Shown: positions 8,602 to 18,398 of the stretch, piece by piece
Numbering within the stretch: position 1 is the first letter of the stretch
How the letters are laid out: every line of letters starts with the position of its first letter
Assembly: GCA_035370505.1 (NCBI GenBank)
Contig: DAOOVU010000001.1
Coordinates: 17,109-81,108, forward strand
Source of the DNA: Candidatus Dojkabacteria bacterium
GTDB taxonomy: Bacteria > Patescibacteriota > Dojkabacteria > SC72
Reading direction: 5' to 3'
DNA length: 64,000 nt
The notes under the pieces: generated by a model
Seen by the model: only the letters and a program-made list of their open reading frames with translations
What the model was told of the DNA's origin: nothing
Database searches by the model: none
Made by a program: the position numbers and the translations under genes

Positions 8602-11600
8602 TTAGTTAGGTATATTCCATACTATGCTGTATGTTTTGTCGCTGTTTAATTCAAATCTTGAGGATAACTGATTGCTGATGTTGTTGAAATTTGATGAATT
8701 TTGTAATTTCCAAGTTACTGGATAGGTGATATCTAATTTGTATGCATAATTCTTTTCTCCTGCTTGTTTAAATATATTTATATCAAAAAATGCATTTGCT
8801 TTACTTTGTACCAAAGGGAAATTCCCTGAGTTGGCATTTTTTTGAAGTGTGTACTCTATTTTTAGAGTTGATATGGATTGTATTTTAGTATTGAACCAAC
8901 CACCTATTACTTTAAATCCATTTTCTTTGTATATATCGAACTTATTATTTTCAAATCCTTCTATTTTTGTTAAAACTGCATCAGAAGGAATATATACACG
9001 TTCATAGTTTATGTAGTCTCCATATGGATATGTCGTTGATGTTGATTTGTTCTCAACGGATAGTGTGTACGCAAAATCAATTGTTTTTTCATTCTTTATA
9101 TTTATTTTCAATGCATGGTTTTTGTCTAAGAAAAGATTTGCTTTGTTTCCTCCCCAATTCCAATCAACTACCGCAGGAGCACTGTTAAATTTGTCATCTA
9201 ATGAACCTGCCCAATTCCTTTTATTGAAGAATGCATATGCATCTGAATTCCTAAATGTTGCCTGTATGTGTTTTTCATCAAGAGATGATACAAAAACATC
9301 TTTGAGAGATATTAAATCTGAGATTTTCATTGAAAAGATTTTTTTTACAACTTCATTAGCTAAATTGGCTAAGAAAGAAGCCTTTTGAGTTGATCCAGGT
9401 TCAAATTCTTCATGCATTTCAAATATTTTTGGATATATGTTTTGACTTGTAATGATTTCATCTTCCCCAGGAACTTGTATACCACCCCATTTATCAAGTA
9501 ATTTTTGAAGAAATGCTATATCTATTGTAATTACCCCATCTATTCGTGATCCAATGCCTAAATCTTTTGTGAATTTTTCTAGTGAATCATGAGTATCTGA
9601 AAGATCTGGGTACCAATTAGCTAAAGAGAACGACCATTTTGTTAAATTAAGAGCTTTTGCCATGGAATCAGGAGGGTTGTATGTTTTGCCTTGTACCTTG
9701 AGTGTTCCATCTGCATTGTATATATCGTCGACGAAAATTTCTCGTATTTGTCCACCCTCTATTCCTAAAACTCCGTAACTTGTTGGCCATCCACCAGTGG
9801 CTCTCATTTCTGATTCGTTTTGTAAAAGTATCAGATATCTTTGTCTTTCGTCTTGCCCTAAGACAGCAGGAAGAAAAGAGGAAGCTTCTTTATATGCTTT
9901 TGCTACATCATCTATTTGTTTGACATAATCTTTTATATCTAGAATTTCACTTTGTATTGACTTTGGAAATACTGTAGTATCAACTTTTGTCATAATTTCT
10001 GATGCCAAGGACAACTTGTACGAGGCTTCGTTTAATTTGTATGAATTTTTCGACATTTCATCTAAATATTGTCTGTATTCTTTTGTAGTGGATGGAGTAT
10101 TGTCCTGAAAAGTAATTGCAGGCTCAAATTCTTTAATGTAGTGTGCAAAAGGAGTAACTGCTTCTGTAAGTTGTTTTGCGCCTTTAGAGGCATTTTCTCC
10201 TGCTTGTATCATTTGCATTAAATTGAGATACAGATCATCTTTGTTAAGCATAGTAAACAGCCATTTTATATTTGAAATTCCATCTGAAACTCTCTCTATA
10301 TTTTTGTCTATTGTTTCTATGCTTTTTAGATTTTGATCTTCATCAAGATCGAAGAAGGAATCTGAAAGTTGTTTTGATGTTTTGTTTATAATGTAGAGAC
10401 CTAAGGAAGAGGCTACAATTGGGTAGACAAGAAAATATGCAAAAAGTACAGTAAGTACCGATATTGCGATCCCTTTTATAAATGTTTTTCCAGTAAGTTT
10501 TTTTGCTGTTTCTTTGTTGAAAATTTTTTTGAATGGATTTGTTAGTTTTGATACAGCTTCTCCAAATTCTGTTTTACTGATTTTTACATTTTTTTCTTTT
10601 AATTGTTTTTCATCATTTTTGTCTTCTTTAGATACATTCCATTGTTTGTTTATTTGTCCATAATAGTTTTGAAGTTGAGCTATACATGATTCTTCCAATG
10701 ATACTTGTTGAGTCCATCCATATTTTCCTGCATGTGGAGCTGGTACATATACATCTTGTATTGTGAATTTTTCATTTGGGTTATCAACAAATCTTATACT
10801 TTGTGCTTCTGTATTAAGCTCAAGTAGTTTGTATGCTATTGAAAGGGTTGTATAGTTGTTTTTGTTTGCTAGGGTTATTACCTCTTTTTTTGTGGAATCT
10901 GAAAATGTTAGTTTCAAAAGTCCATATGCTGCGTCTTCTTCATTTATTAAATTGTGTATGTCTAATCCTTCTCCATATATTGTTATCTGGGGCTTTGAAA
11001 CAGCATCTCTAAACATTGTGTCTAATATCGGGACATCAATTTTGTCAATTCCTTTTCCAAGTAGTGTTCCTAATCTGATAATTCTCAAATTGGTGTCGGT
11101 TTTGTCTCCAAACTCTGCAACAAGATTTTCACAGTACTTTTGTAGTTCCACATTTGAGTAAGGAGATGGTGATGCTGTCTTTTCTGTTTGAATTCTGTTT
11201 GCTAGTTCTCTATTTAGTGCAAGTGAAGTTATCAACGTAAATTTTGCATTATTTTTCTTGGTGCTGAGTAGTGCTTGTTCTAAATATTTTGTTTGGGAAA
11301 GAAATTCTTTGCTATCAAATTCTGGTTCTTTTAATTTTTCATTTAGAAAATAGAAGAGATAATCAAATCTTTTTATATTTTTGAAAAGAGAATCAAATCC
11401 TTTGTAATCGAAGAAATCAACGAGTTCAGATTTTTTTAATTCTGAGATATATTTTTTGGTCGAGCTGTTGAATTTGTCTATTATTACAACATAGCTCCCT
11501 TGCTCTATGAGTGTTTTTGCTACCAGATAGCCTAGTCTATTTCCTCCTCCTACTAGGATAGTTATTGGTGTTTGACTTTTAATTTGATTTATTCGTAAAT

Positions 11601-11607
11601 TGCTCAT
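8602..11607 (-). CDS. Large envelope protein: N-terminal NAD(P)-binding Rossmann (epimerase/dehydratase-like) domain, one TM, C-terminal extracytoplasmic DUF4012-like domain
   Basis: ILVGGGNRLGYLVAKTL (GxxGxxG); a TM near residues 375-395 (IAISVLTVLFAYFLVYPIV); C-terminal region with ...RATGGWPTSYGVL...WNWGGNKANLFLD... The DUF4012 assignment is from memory. Confidence 0.55.
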   Translation of the reverse strand: MSNLRINQIKSQTPITILVGGGNRLGYLVAKTLIEQGSYVVIIDKFNSSTKKYISELKKSELVDFFDYKGFDSLFKNIKRFDYLFYFLNEKLKEPEFDSKEFLSQTKYLEQALLSTKKNNAKFTLITSLALNRELANRIQTEKTASPSPYSNVELQKYCENLVAEFGDKTDTNLRIIRLGTLLGKGIDKIDVPILDTMFRDAVSKPQITIYGEGLDIHNLINEEDAAYGLLKLTFSDSTKKEVITLANKNNYTTLSIAYKLLELNTEAQSIRFVDNPNEKFTIQDVYVPAPHAGKYGWTQQVSLEESCIAQLQNYYGQINKQWNVSKEDKNDEKQLKEKNVKISKTEFGEAVSKLTNPFKKIFNKETAKKLTGKTFIKGIAISVLTVLFAYFLVYPIVASSLGLYIINKTSKQLSDSFFDLDEDQNLKSIETIDKNIERVSDGISNIKWLFTMLNKDDLYLNLMQMIQAGENASKGAKQLTEAVTPFAHYIKEFEPAITFQDNTPSTTKEYRQYLDEMSKNSYKLNEASYKLSLASEIMTKVDTTVFPKSIQSEILDIKDYVKQIDDVAKAYKEASSFLPAVLGQDERQRYLILLQNESEMRATGGWPTSYGVLGIEGGQIREIFVDDIYNADGTLKVQGKTYNPPDSMAKALNLTKWSFSLANWYPDLSDTHDSLEKFTKDLGIGSRIDGVITIDIAFLQKLLDKWGGIQVPGEDEIITSQNIYPKIFEMHEEFEPGSTQKASFLANLANEVVKKIFSMKISDLISLKDVFVSSLDEKHIQATFRNSDAYAFFNKRNWAGSLDDKFNSAPAVVDWNWGGNKANLFLDKNHALKINIKNEKTIDFAYTLSVENKSTSTTYPYGDYINYERVYIPSDAVLTKIEGFENNKFDIYKENGFKVIGGWFNTKIQSISTLKIEYTLQKNANSGNFPLVQSKANAFFDINIFKQAGEKNYAYKLDITYPVTWKLQNSSNFNNISNQLSSRFELNSDKTYSIVWNIPN

Positions 11608-11618
11608 ATGTTTACTTT

Positions 11619-12257
11619 TTATTCTTCATTGGTGATTATTGGAATTGGAAAATGGAAGGTTTTCAAATTAAGTTGGTATCCTTCTCTTATCAGTACTGGG
11701 ATTTCAACAGTTTCATATCCTTCTGCGTATACCTTTACTTGGTATTGCCCTGTCTTTAGTGAGAGGTTTGCAACAGATTGTGTGTTCACAAGATCTTTAT
11801 CTATGTACACTTTTGGATTTTCAGCACTGCTAGTTACTGTAATATATCCGTGTTCTTTTTCAGTTGCCTTTGCAGGTGTGTAGTAGAGAATTGAACCATT
11901 TAGCGTGCCATCTGGTCCTATTTCAACATCAATTCTGGCTGATGTATTTTTCGATAGTTCTATATTGAAAGATTGCTTTTGATAGAAGGATTCTTGAGTA
12001 GTTATTCTTTCTAATTCTACAAGATATTCGCCTTCTGGTAGGTCTTGTATTGTTACTGGGGTTTCTCCATAGTCTTTTCCATTCACCCATACTCTTGTTT
12101 TACTATTGGGAGTAACTATTTCTATTGTTGTGTTGTTATAGAATTTGTTAACTAAAGGCAGTCTGCCAATGAGAGATTTTACTGGAAGAAAATAGAAGAT
12201 AATTGAGAGAACTATGACAGATACTATTATCAGCAGGGCAGTTTTTATGCTTTTCAT
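11619..12257 (-). CDS. PEGA-domain protein, membrane anchored
   Basis: N-terminal signal/TM; two PEGA-like repeats (IQDLPEGEYLVELE and YQVKVYAEGYETVEIPV). Confidence 0.55.
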   Translation of the reverse strand: MKSIKTALLIIVSVIVLSIIFYFLPVKSLIGRLPLVNKFYNNTTIEIVTPNSKTRVWVNGKDYGETPVTIQDLPEGEYLVELERITTQESFYQKQSFNIELSKNTSARIDVEIGPDGTLNGSILYYTPAKATEKEHGYITVTSSAENPKVYIDKDLVNTQSVANLSLKTGQYQVKVYAEGYETVEIPVLIREGYQLNLKTFHFPIPIITNEE

Positions 12258-12295
12258 ACTGCTAATTATAGTGAGAAGTTGTGCATATGTCTATC

Positions 12296-13507
12296 TTAGT
12301 AAGAATATTTTGATTCTGGAGATTTCTTTTTTTCTTCCATTTTCTTTTTTCTGGAGGAAAGTATATGCATTACAACAACTAATATTAATGCAAGACCAGT
12401 TGTTAGTATTAAAGCAAAGTATCTCATAGCGCCTGTTGAGAGAATTGCAAAGGAGCCAAGGAATAGTGTAATACCTGCTTCTAGCAGGACTATGTTTCTT
12501 CTTCCAATACCGAGTGCCATCAGCTGATGTTGAAAGTGGTCTGGTCCATTTATTTTCATTAAATCGAGTGGATTTTTAGGTTTGTATGTGATGTATCTTT
12601 TAATAATTACATAAGCGAAATCTATGAGAGGAACTATCAGCAACATAACTGTAGTTGAGAATTTTGCATCAGCAATTATTGACAGTAGACAAATCATAAA
12701 GCCATACACAGATTTTCCAGCTGATCCTGTCATTATTTTCTGAGGGGGCATTGCAAATACAAGAAAGATTAGCAGTCCTCCAGCCATGAAAATTGATATT
12801 GTCGAGGCAAATACAGAATTAAATCTTACACCGAGAATGAATATTAAAAGGAATATGATTAGGGAATTAGCCTCAATAATTCCGGGTGATCCTGCAGTCC
12901 ACTTAAACGCATTGGTGCAGATAATCATCCATATGATCAGTAGGATATCTCCCGGAAAAACTACTGACTGTTGTATTCCAAAGAGTGAGAAATTCCATGT
13001 ATACATATCTAGATTGATGTTTCCAAAAGACAAGTTTGTCAGATTTATAACTGAGAAGGCTATTATGACCGCAGATATAAATTGATAGAGGAATTGGGTC
13101 TTCGCTGGGAGGTTGAATATATCGTCAAGTGCTGATCCAATAATTAAAACGAGTAAGGCACATATTATCGGTATTGTGAAGCTGTCCATTTTGAAAAAAA
13201 GGCAGGTTATTATCAATGCTGGAACAGTAATGGCTAATCCTCCTAGTGCAGGAGTTATTCCTTCGTGCAAAGCTTTTTCTTCATTGTCAAAACTTTTTCC
13301 TTTCCTTTTAACTCCTGGTTTGTATGTTATGTCATATTTGAGTGCTAATTGTCCTACAATTGGTGTTAAAACTAGGGAGCATACAAACCCGATTAGAAAA
13401 ACATATAGATATTGAAAATATTTGAAGTATTGAGTTCCTTCAAAAAGTGCTAAATTAAATGAGCTCAGTATCTTATTCAATATTTCTGTTGCTGTGGACA
13501 TATCCAT
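12296..13507 (-). CDS. Glycosyltransferase family 4, MraY/WecA-like polyprenyl-phosphate sugar-1-phosphate transferase
   Basis: Polytopic membrane protein with a GSALDDIFNLPAKTQF motif (DDxxN/D loop of the MraY/WecA family). Confidence 0.5.
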   Translation of the reverse strand: MDMSTATEILNKILSSFNLALFEGTQYFKYFQYLYVFLIGFVCSLVLTPIVGQLALKYDITYKPGVKRKGKSFDNEEKALHEGITPALGGLAITVPALIITCLFFKMDSFTIPIICALLVLIIGSALDDIFNLPAKTQFLYQFISAVIIAFSVINLTNLSFGNINLDMYTWNFSLFGIQQSVVFPGDILLIIWMIICTNAFKWTAGSPGIIEANSLIIFLLIFILGVRFNSVFASTISIFMAGGLLIFLVFAMPPQKIMTGSAGKSVYGFMICLLSIIADAKFSTTVMLLIVPLIDFAYVIIKRYITYKPKNPLDLMKINGPDHFQHQLMALGIGRRNIVLLEAGITLFLGSFAILSTGAMRYFALILTTGLALILVVVMHILSSRKKKMEEKKKSPESKYSY

Positions 13508-13514
13508 ATTTGTT

Positions 13515-13982
13515 TTAGAGTATCAGTTCAATTAAGATAATGCTTTGAGAAATTATACATAAAAGTGTTGTAATCATAAGAAGTTTTACCAAACTCTTTT
13601 CTCTATTGTAACAGCGTGGAACAAGTATTAGTGAAAATAACATAGCACAAGCAGAAATTGCTGGATATATATATATGTATACCTTATCAGTGAGCTTGTT
13701 CTGTATTGCCATATTGTACTTGTATATTGGAAGATATTTTGGAAGTGAATCAAAGTTTTGGCGTATCAAGAATATTTGTTGAATTATTAAGATTGTCCCT
13801 ATAACAACAACTGCCCATAATAGAGGATCTTTAAGGAATTTTAATATTTCGAGTCTGGTAGTCGTTTTATCTATTTTTCCCTTAACTTTGTAGAATTTGT
13901 TGCTGAATGGCTCTTTTATATCAAGTCCGAGCTGTGTATACTCTTCTTCATCTTTGCCTCTTGATTTTTTTGTATCAGACAT
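13515..13982 (-). CDS. Hypothetical membrane protein
   Basis: 155-aa ORF with hydrophobic helices; no recognisable motif. Confidence 0.4.
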   Translation of the reverse strand: MSDTKKSRGKDEEEYTQLGLDIKEPFSNKFYKVKGKIDKTTTRLEILKFLKDPLLWAVVVIGTILIIQQIFLIRQNFDSLPKYLPIYKYNMAIQNKLTDKVYIYIYPAISACAMLFSLILVPRCYNREKSLVKLLMITTLLCIISQSIILIELIL

Positions 13983-14014
13983 ATGGTGAATTATATCACA
14001 GAGATAGTCTGTAT

Positions 14015-14764
14015 CTATTTTCGCTTGACTTCTGAAAACATTTGTAAGTACTGCTCTAGTGAAAGATGTTGTGCTCTTTTGGTCAAAAGCTCATTATACT
14101 GTGGAGGTACATAGTATTTCTGCCTTAAATTGCTGGAAAGAGTTTTTCTTGGGTGCTTAAAGCATTCTGTAAGAAAAGCAGAGAATTCTTCCGTATCTGT
14201 AATATCTTTTTTAGATGGTAAGAACTTTATGAGTGAACTCGTTACCTTTGGATGTGGATTAAATGATGCTCCAGAAATATCAAAAAGTTTTTTAGAATCA
14301 GCATAAAGTCTTGTCTGAATGGCGAGTAGATTGTTTTTTGGTTCAAGATTGGTATATTTTTGAGAGACCTCTTTTTGTATAATGAAGTATGATGCTGTAT
14401 TAAAATATTCCGAAGATATTACTTTCTTAATAATTTTTTTACATGTATTGTATGGAAGTGATCCGAAAAATAGTATTTTTTTGTCTTGCAAATTTTTTAA
14501 CTGTTCAAAATCCCAGTACAAAAAGTCTTCATTTACTACTGTAATTTGTGGAAAACGAATAGATAGGTCATTAGAAAGTTCATTATCTTTTTCCACTGCT
14601 ATGATGTTTTCCCTCTTCTCTACAAATATCTTTGTAAAATATCCTTGGCCCGGTCCTATTTCAACTAAAACATCGTGATGTTCTGAGAGAACTATATTTG
14701 CAATTTGTTCTGCGAGGTTTTTATTTACAAAGAAGTTTTGTCCTAAAGATTTTTTTGGTTTCAT
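14015..14764 (-). CDS. rsmA: 16S rRNA (adenine1518/1519-N6)-dimethyltransferase
   Basis: KKSLGQNFFVNKNLAEQIAN and VLVEIGPGQGYFT (SAM-binding motif I) are characteristic of KsgA/RsmA. Confidence 0.85.
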   Translation of the reverse strand: MKPKKSLGQNFFVNKNLAEQIANIVLSEHHDVLVEIGPGQGYFTKIFVEKRENIIAVEKDNELSNDLSIRFPQITVVNEDFLYWDFEQLKNLQDKKILFFGSLPYNTCKKIIKKVISSEYFNTASYFIIQKEVSQKYTNLEPKNNLLAIQTRLYADSKKLFDISGASFNPHPKVTSSLIKFLPSKKDITDTEEFSAFLTECFKHPRKTLSSNLRQKYYVPPQYNELLTKRAQHLSLEQYLQMFSEVKRK

Positions 14765-15700
14765 TTACATAGTTCTAAAATCCCATATATCTTCTTTCTT
14801 TGTATATACAGTTGAGCACTTTTTACAAATGGCTTTTGATTTTGATGAAAAGTCTAGATCTCCCTTACATTTTGGGCAGACAAGTACATCTTCTAATTTT
14901 AATGGAGAATCTAATTGTGGAGTATTTTTAGTTCTGCATACTAAAAATATACTTGGAGGAATATTGGTCCAAGAGAGAGAGTTTTGAAGCAATTTTTCAA
15001 AGAAAATCATAGTGCTAGGATTGAGGAATTTTTTCAATAGTGGGATTCTTAGAAATGAACAACCATACCTTTTCTCAATTGAAAAACCAGCAGTTTCTAA
15101 TTTCTTTTGAATGTCTTTTGGATGATAATTGTAGAATATACCCTTTAATCCTTGTGCTGTCCCTTGTGCATTATGCTCGGAAAGAGGATGTTCATAGGGA
15201 GTTTGATTAAAGAATTTAAAATTGAGATGAGCTATAGCTTTTAGAGATGCTTTTATATGTATTTTGTTTGGAATTTCTTGGATGTAGATGGCATTCCCAT
15301 TCATGACTTTGTGTACTTCTTCAAAATACTCAGGAATATTTTCAATGTGGTGTAGGACTCTAACCATCATTGCTCCATCGAATGTATTTTGCTTGAACGG
15401 CATCTTGTAAGCATTTCCTGCAATTAATTCCACATTAGGATATTTACTCAGTATGTTCTTCCTATTTTTTTGTAATGTCTTTATGGAGTAATCTAGGATT
15501 ATGGGATTTGAATATTTTTTATAGTAGGTTGATGTAAGTCTTCCATATGAACCTCCTATATCTAAAAACCATTTTCCACTTTCACCTTTTAATATTTTTT
15601 GCAGTACATTTCTTTCTGCAAGGTCTTCATATTGCCTAGCTTTCCAGTATTCTCTGTAGTCATAATCAAATAGATCGTAGTCTGTTACATCGTTAGTCAT
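14765..15700 (-). CDS. Class I SAM-dependent methyltransferase with C-terminal zinc-ribbon (Trm112-like) tail
   Basis: FLDIGGSYGRL motif I; FDGAMMVRVLHHI; C-terminal CPKCKGDL...CKKCSTVY. Confidence 0.55.
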   Translation of the reverse strand: MTNDVTDYDLFDYDYREYWKARQYEDLAERNVLQKILKGESGKWFLDIGGSYGRLTSTYYKKYSNPIILDYSIKTLQKNRKNILSKYPNVELIAGNAYKMPFKQNTFDGAMMVRVLHHIENIPEYFEEVHKVMNGNAIYIQEIPNKIHIKASLKAIAHLNFKFFNQTPYEHPLSEHNAQGTAQGLKGIFYNYHPKDIQKKLETAGFSIEKRYGCSFLRIPLLKKFLNPSTMIFFEKLLQNSLSWTNIPPSIFLVCRTKNTPQLDSPLKLEDVLVCPKCKGDLDFSSKSKAICKKCSTVYTKKEDIWDFRTM

Positions 15701-17426
15701 TTTTTAATTTGTTTATAATTTTAGCTGTATGTTCAAGTTGTTTGAGAAGTTCAGCTTGTTTTAGAGTATCTCCGATTTCTTCAGTCATTGCTATCTGTGA
15801 GGATATATTTTTCTGTAGGTTTGTATAATATCCAATTTTAATCTTTTTTATTAAATCTTTGAGTTGAGAATCTCTTTCTTCTGTTGTATCAGGAATTTCT
15901 CTTGCTTGAAATATTAAGTTTTCTACGAGTGTATGGAGTTGTTCTTCATTGTCAAATTGCTTAAAAAATTTTTCTTTATCAAAATTGTTAATTTGTTCAA
16001 GTAAGGATTTGTATATTTGTTCATACGGAGTATCTCTAAAAAAAATAGAGTCGATTATCAATTCTTTGGGAATATCATCATCGTAGAAAATCAGCATCTG
16101 TAAATACAAAAATTCGGGTGTTTTATATTTTTCAGTTTGTAATGACTTTGTAATCTGTTTGTGAGTTTTCGTTTCACGAATATCTATAGGTTTTACTGAA
16201 TTGTATCGAATCTTAGTTATCTTTGTATACTTAGAGATGTAAAGTGCTTTGGTCGAAGTGTCCTTAACGCTTTCTAGGAGAGGCTCAATGACTGCTCTTA
16301 TCTTATTAATATCCTCAAGTTTGTTAAGATCTTTTCCCCCTATAGTGTTAAATAAAATGATAGAGAAAGCCTCCTGTTTGTTTGACAAAGCCTCCTCCAT
16401 TTTCTGAGAACCAGACTGAAGCATTTCATCTATATCTTTGTAAGGAGAGGAAGTCGCTGCATATGGGTTTATTCCTATTTCAGAAGCAAGCTTGAAAGCT
16501 CTAATCAAAGCCATTTTTCCTGCATCATCATTATCAAAAAAGAAGATTATATTTTTAGTTAATGTTGATAATAGCTTTAGCTGTTCTATAGTTAAGCTTG
16601 TTCCAAGTGGAGCTACTATATTTTTAAAACCATGCTGATGAGATGATATTACATCCATAGATCCTTCACATACTATTGCTGAATCCAATTTCCTTATTTC
16701 TTGTTTTGACTCGTATTGTCCAAAAAGATTGTCTTTTTTATGAAAAATTGGTGTTTCAGGGGTATTCATATACTTTGGTCCTTTATCATCACCTGGCATA
16801 ATTCTAGCGGTAAATCCTATGACATCACCTTTTTTAGATCGTATTGGAAACATTATTCTGTTATAGAATTTCTCTTTTATGACTCCATTCTTTTCTGTAA
16901 ATAGCCCAGATTGTAGTAGTTCTTCTTTTGTATATTTTTTCTTGCTATTTAATTCATTTAGAAGATGAGGATATCTCGGAGCAAAACCTATTCCAAAGTT
17001 TTTTATTGTTTCTTTTGTTAAACCTCTTTTTTGTAGGTACTGAGAAGCTTCTTCACTTAATGCAAGTTGTCTGTAATAGTATTTTGTTGCCGTATAGTTA
17101 ATTTCTTCTAAAATCTTGTATTTGGGATTTGGTTCAAATTTTTTTAATTCCACTCCTGCTTCTTTTGCTAATTTTTCTAGTGTTTCTGGAAAATCTAAGT
17201 TCTCAATTTTTTGTATAAAGTTGAAAATATCCCCTGATTCCCCACATCCAAAACATTTGTATCTTTGCAGATCAGGGCTAACCATAAATGATGGTGTTTT
17301 TTCTTTGTGAAAAGGACATAATCCAGAAAAATTCTTTCCAGTCTGTTTAAGCTGGACATATCTGCCAATAACTTGAACAATATCAAGCCTATCTTTTATC
17401 TCTGAAACCTGATTGTTGTACTCCAT
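15693..17426 (-). CDS. dnaG: DNA primase
   Basis: CHC2 zinc finger CPFHKEKTPSFMVSPDLQRYKCFGCGESGD; Toprim region EGSMDVIS...FDNDDAG. Confidence 0.85.
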   Translation of the reverse strand: MEYNNQVSEIKDRLDIVQVIGRYVQLKQTGKNFSGLCPFHKEKTPSFMVSPDLQRYKCFGCGESGDIFNFIQKIENLDFPETLEKLAKEAGVELKKFEPNPKYKILEEINYTATKYYYRQLALSEEASQYLQKRGLTKETIKNFGIGFAPRYPHLLNELNSKKKYTKEELLQSGLFTEKNGVIKEKFYNRIMFPIRSKKGDVIGFTARIMPGDDKGPKYMNTPETPIFHKKDNLFGQYESKQEIRKLDSAIVCEGSMDVISSHQHGFKNIVAPLGTSLTIEQLKLLSTLTKNIIFFFDNDDAGKMALIRAFKLASEIGINPYAATSSPYKDIDEMLQSGSQKMEEALSNKQEAFSIILFNTIGGKDLNKLEDINKIRAVIEPLLESVKDTSTKALYISKYTKITKIRYNSVKPIDIRETKTHKQITKSLQTEKYKTPEFLYLQMLIFYDDDIPKELIIDSIFFRDTPYEQIYKSLLEQINNFDKEKFFKQFDNEEQLHTLVENLIFQAREIPDTTEERDSQLKDLIKKIKIGYYTNLQKNISSQIAMTEEIGDTLKQAELLKQLEHTAKIINKLKND

Positions 17427-17444
17427 TATATCAGTATTATACCA

Positions 17445-18380
17445 TTATTCGCATGATATCTTGTTCTCTTGTACAGTACATTGCATTTCTGCAACTCCTG
17501 TGCTGTTTGGGGTATTCCACTGTATTTCCTCTCCGTTGAAGAAAAGATGCGTACTGCTTAACTTTCCTGTTATTATGTGTAAGGTTTTTTCAATTTTAAA
17601 CTCTGTTTCTGATGGTTCGACTATATTTGCAATCTTGTTTACACTGTCGATATCAAGTTTTATCCAAGCAGAAGAATCAGTTACTTTCAGCTTAATGATA
17701 TTTTCTTTTGGTGCAACTTCTTGTTGAACTTGTGGTTTTTCATATGTAATTTTTCTGGTCTCAACCGTTTCGAGTACATTGTTATTATTCTTTCTCGCTT
17801 TGAAAGTGATAATATTCATTCCTTCATTTAATTTAATCTCTTTTTCAAATTCTCCTTGTTCATTCTGTTCTACTGCAACATCATTTATTTCTATATCTGT
17901 ATTATCTGAAACTTTTCCTTTTACCTTTATAGTCTCTTCAGTTGTAGTAATGTCCTGTTGAGGTTCTGTTATTATTAATTCTGGTGGTGTCTGAAATCTG
18001 TGTATTTGTACAAAAATATATGCAACTACACCCAAGGAAAAAAGCGTAAGTAACACGGTTATTAACAATTGTGGTGTCAACACATTTCTTTTATTGTTTA
18101 GAGCCTTTTGTTTAAATATTGGAGTATCTTGGGATTGAGCGATAGGAGTGTGGTTAGTTCTTCTGTATAGTGCTAAAACTTTTTTTACATCAAGTCCTAG
18201 ATATTCTGCATATATTTTTATGAATCCTCTCAGAAAAACTTCTGATTCAAATGGCGAAAACTCATCCTTTTCTATGTATTCAAGGAATCTCTTTTGTATC
18301 TTTGTATCTGCTGATACAACATCTAAGCTTTTCCCTAGCTGTAATCTCTTGTTTTTTATGACTTGTCCTACTGTCAGCAT
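17445..18380 (-). CDS. RodZ-like HTH membrane protein
   Basis: N-terminal HTH (MLTVGQVIKNKRLQLGKSLDVVSADTKIQKRFLEYIE); central TM (LLITVLLTLFSLGVVAYIF); C-terminal beta-rich domain. Confidence 0.5.
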   Translation of the reverse strand: MLTVGQVIKNKRLQLGKSLDVVSADTKIQKRFLEYIEKDEFSPFESEVFLRGFIKIYAEYLGLDVKKVLALYRRTNHTPIAQSQDTPIFKQKALNNKRNVLTPQLLITVLLTLFSLGVVAYIFVQIHRFQTPPELIITEPQQDITTTEETIKVKGKVSDNTDIEINDVAVEQNEQGEFEKEIKLNEGMNIITFKARKNNNNVLETVETRKITYEKPQVQQEVAPKENIIKLKVTDSSAWIKLDIDSVNKIANIVEPSETEFKIEKTLHIITGKLSSTHLFFNGEEIQWNTPNSTGVAEMQCTVQENKISCE

Positions 18381-18398
18381 TATGCATGTATTTTACTA

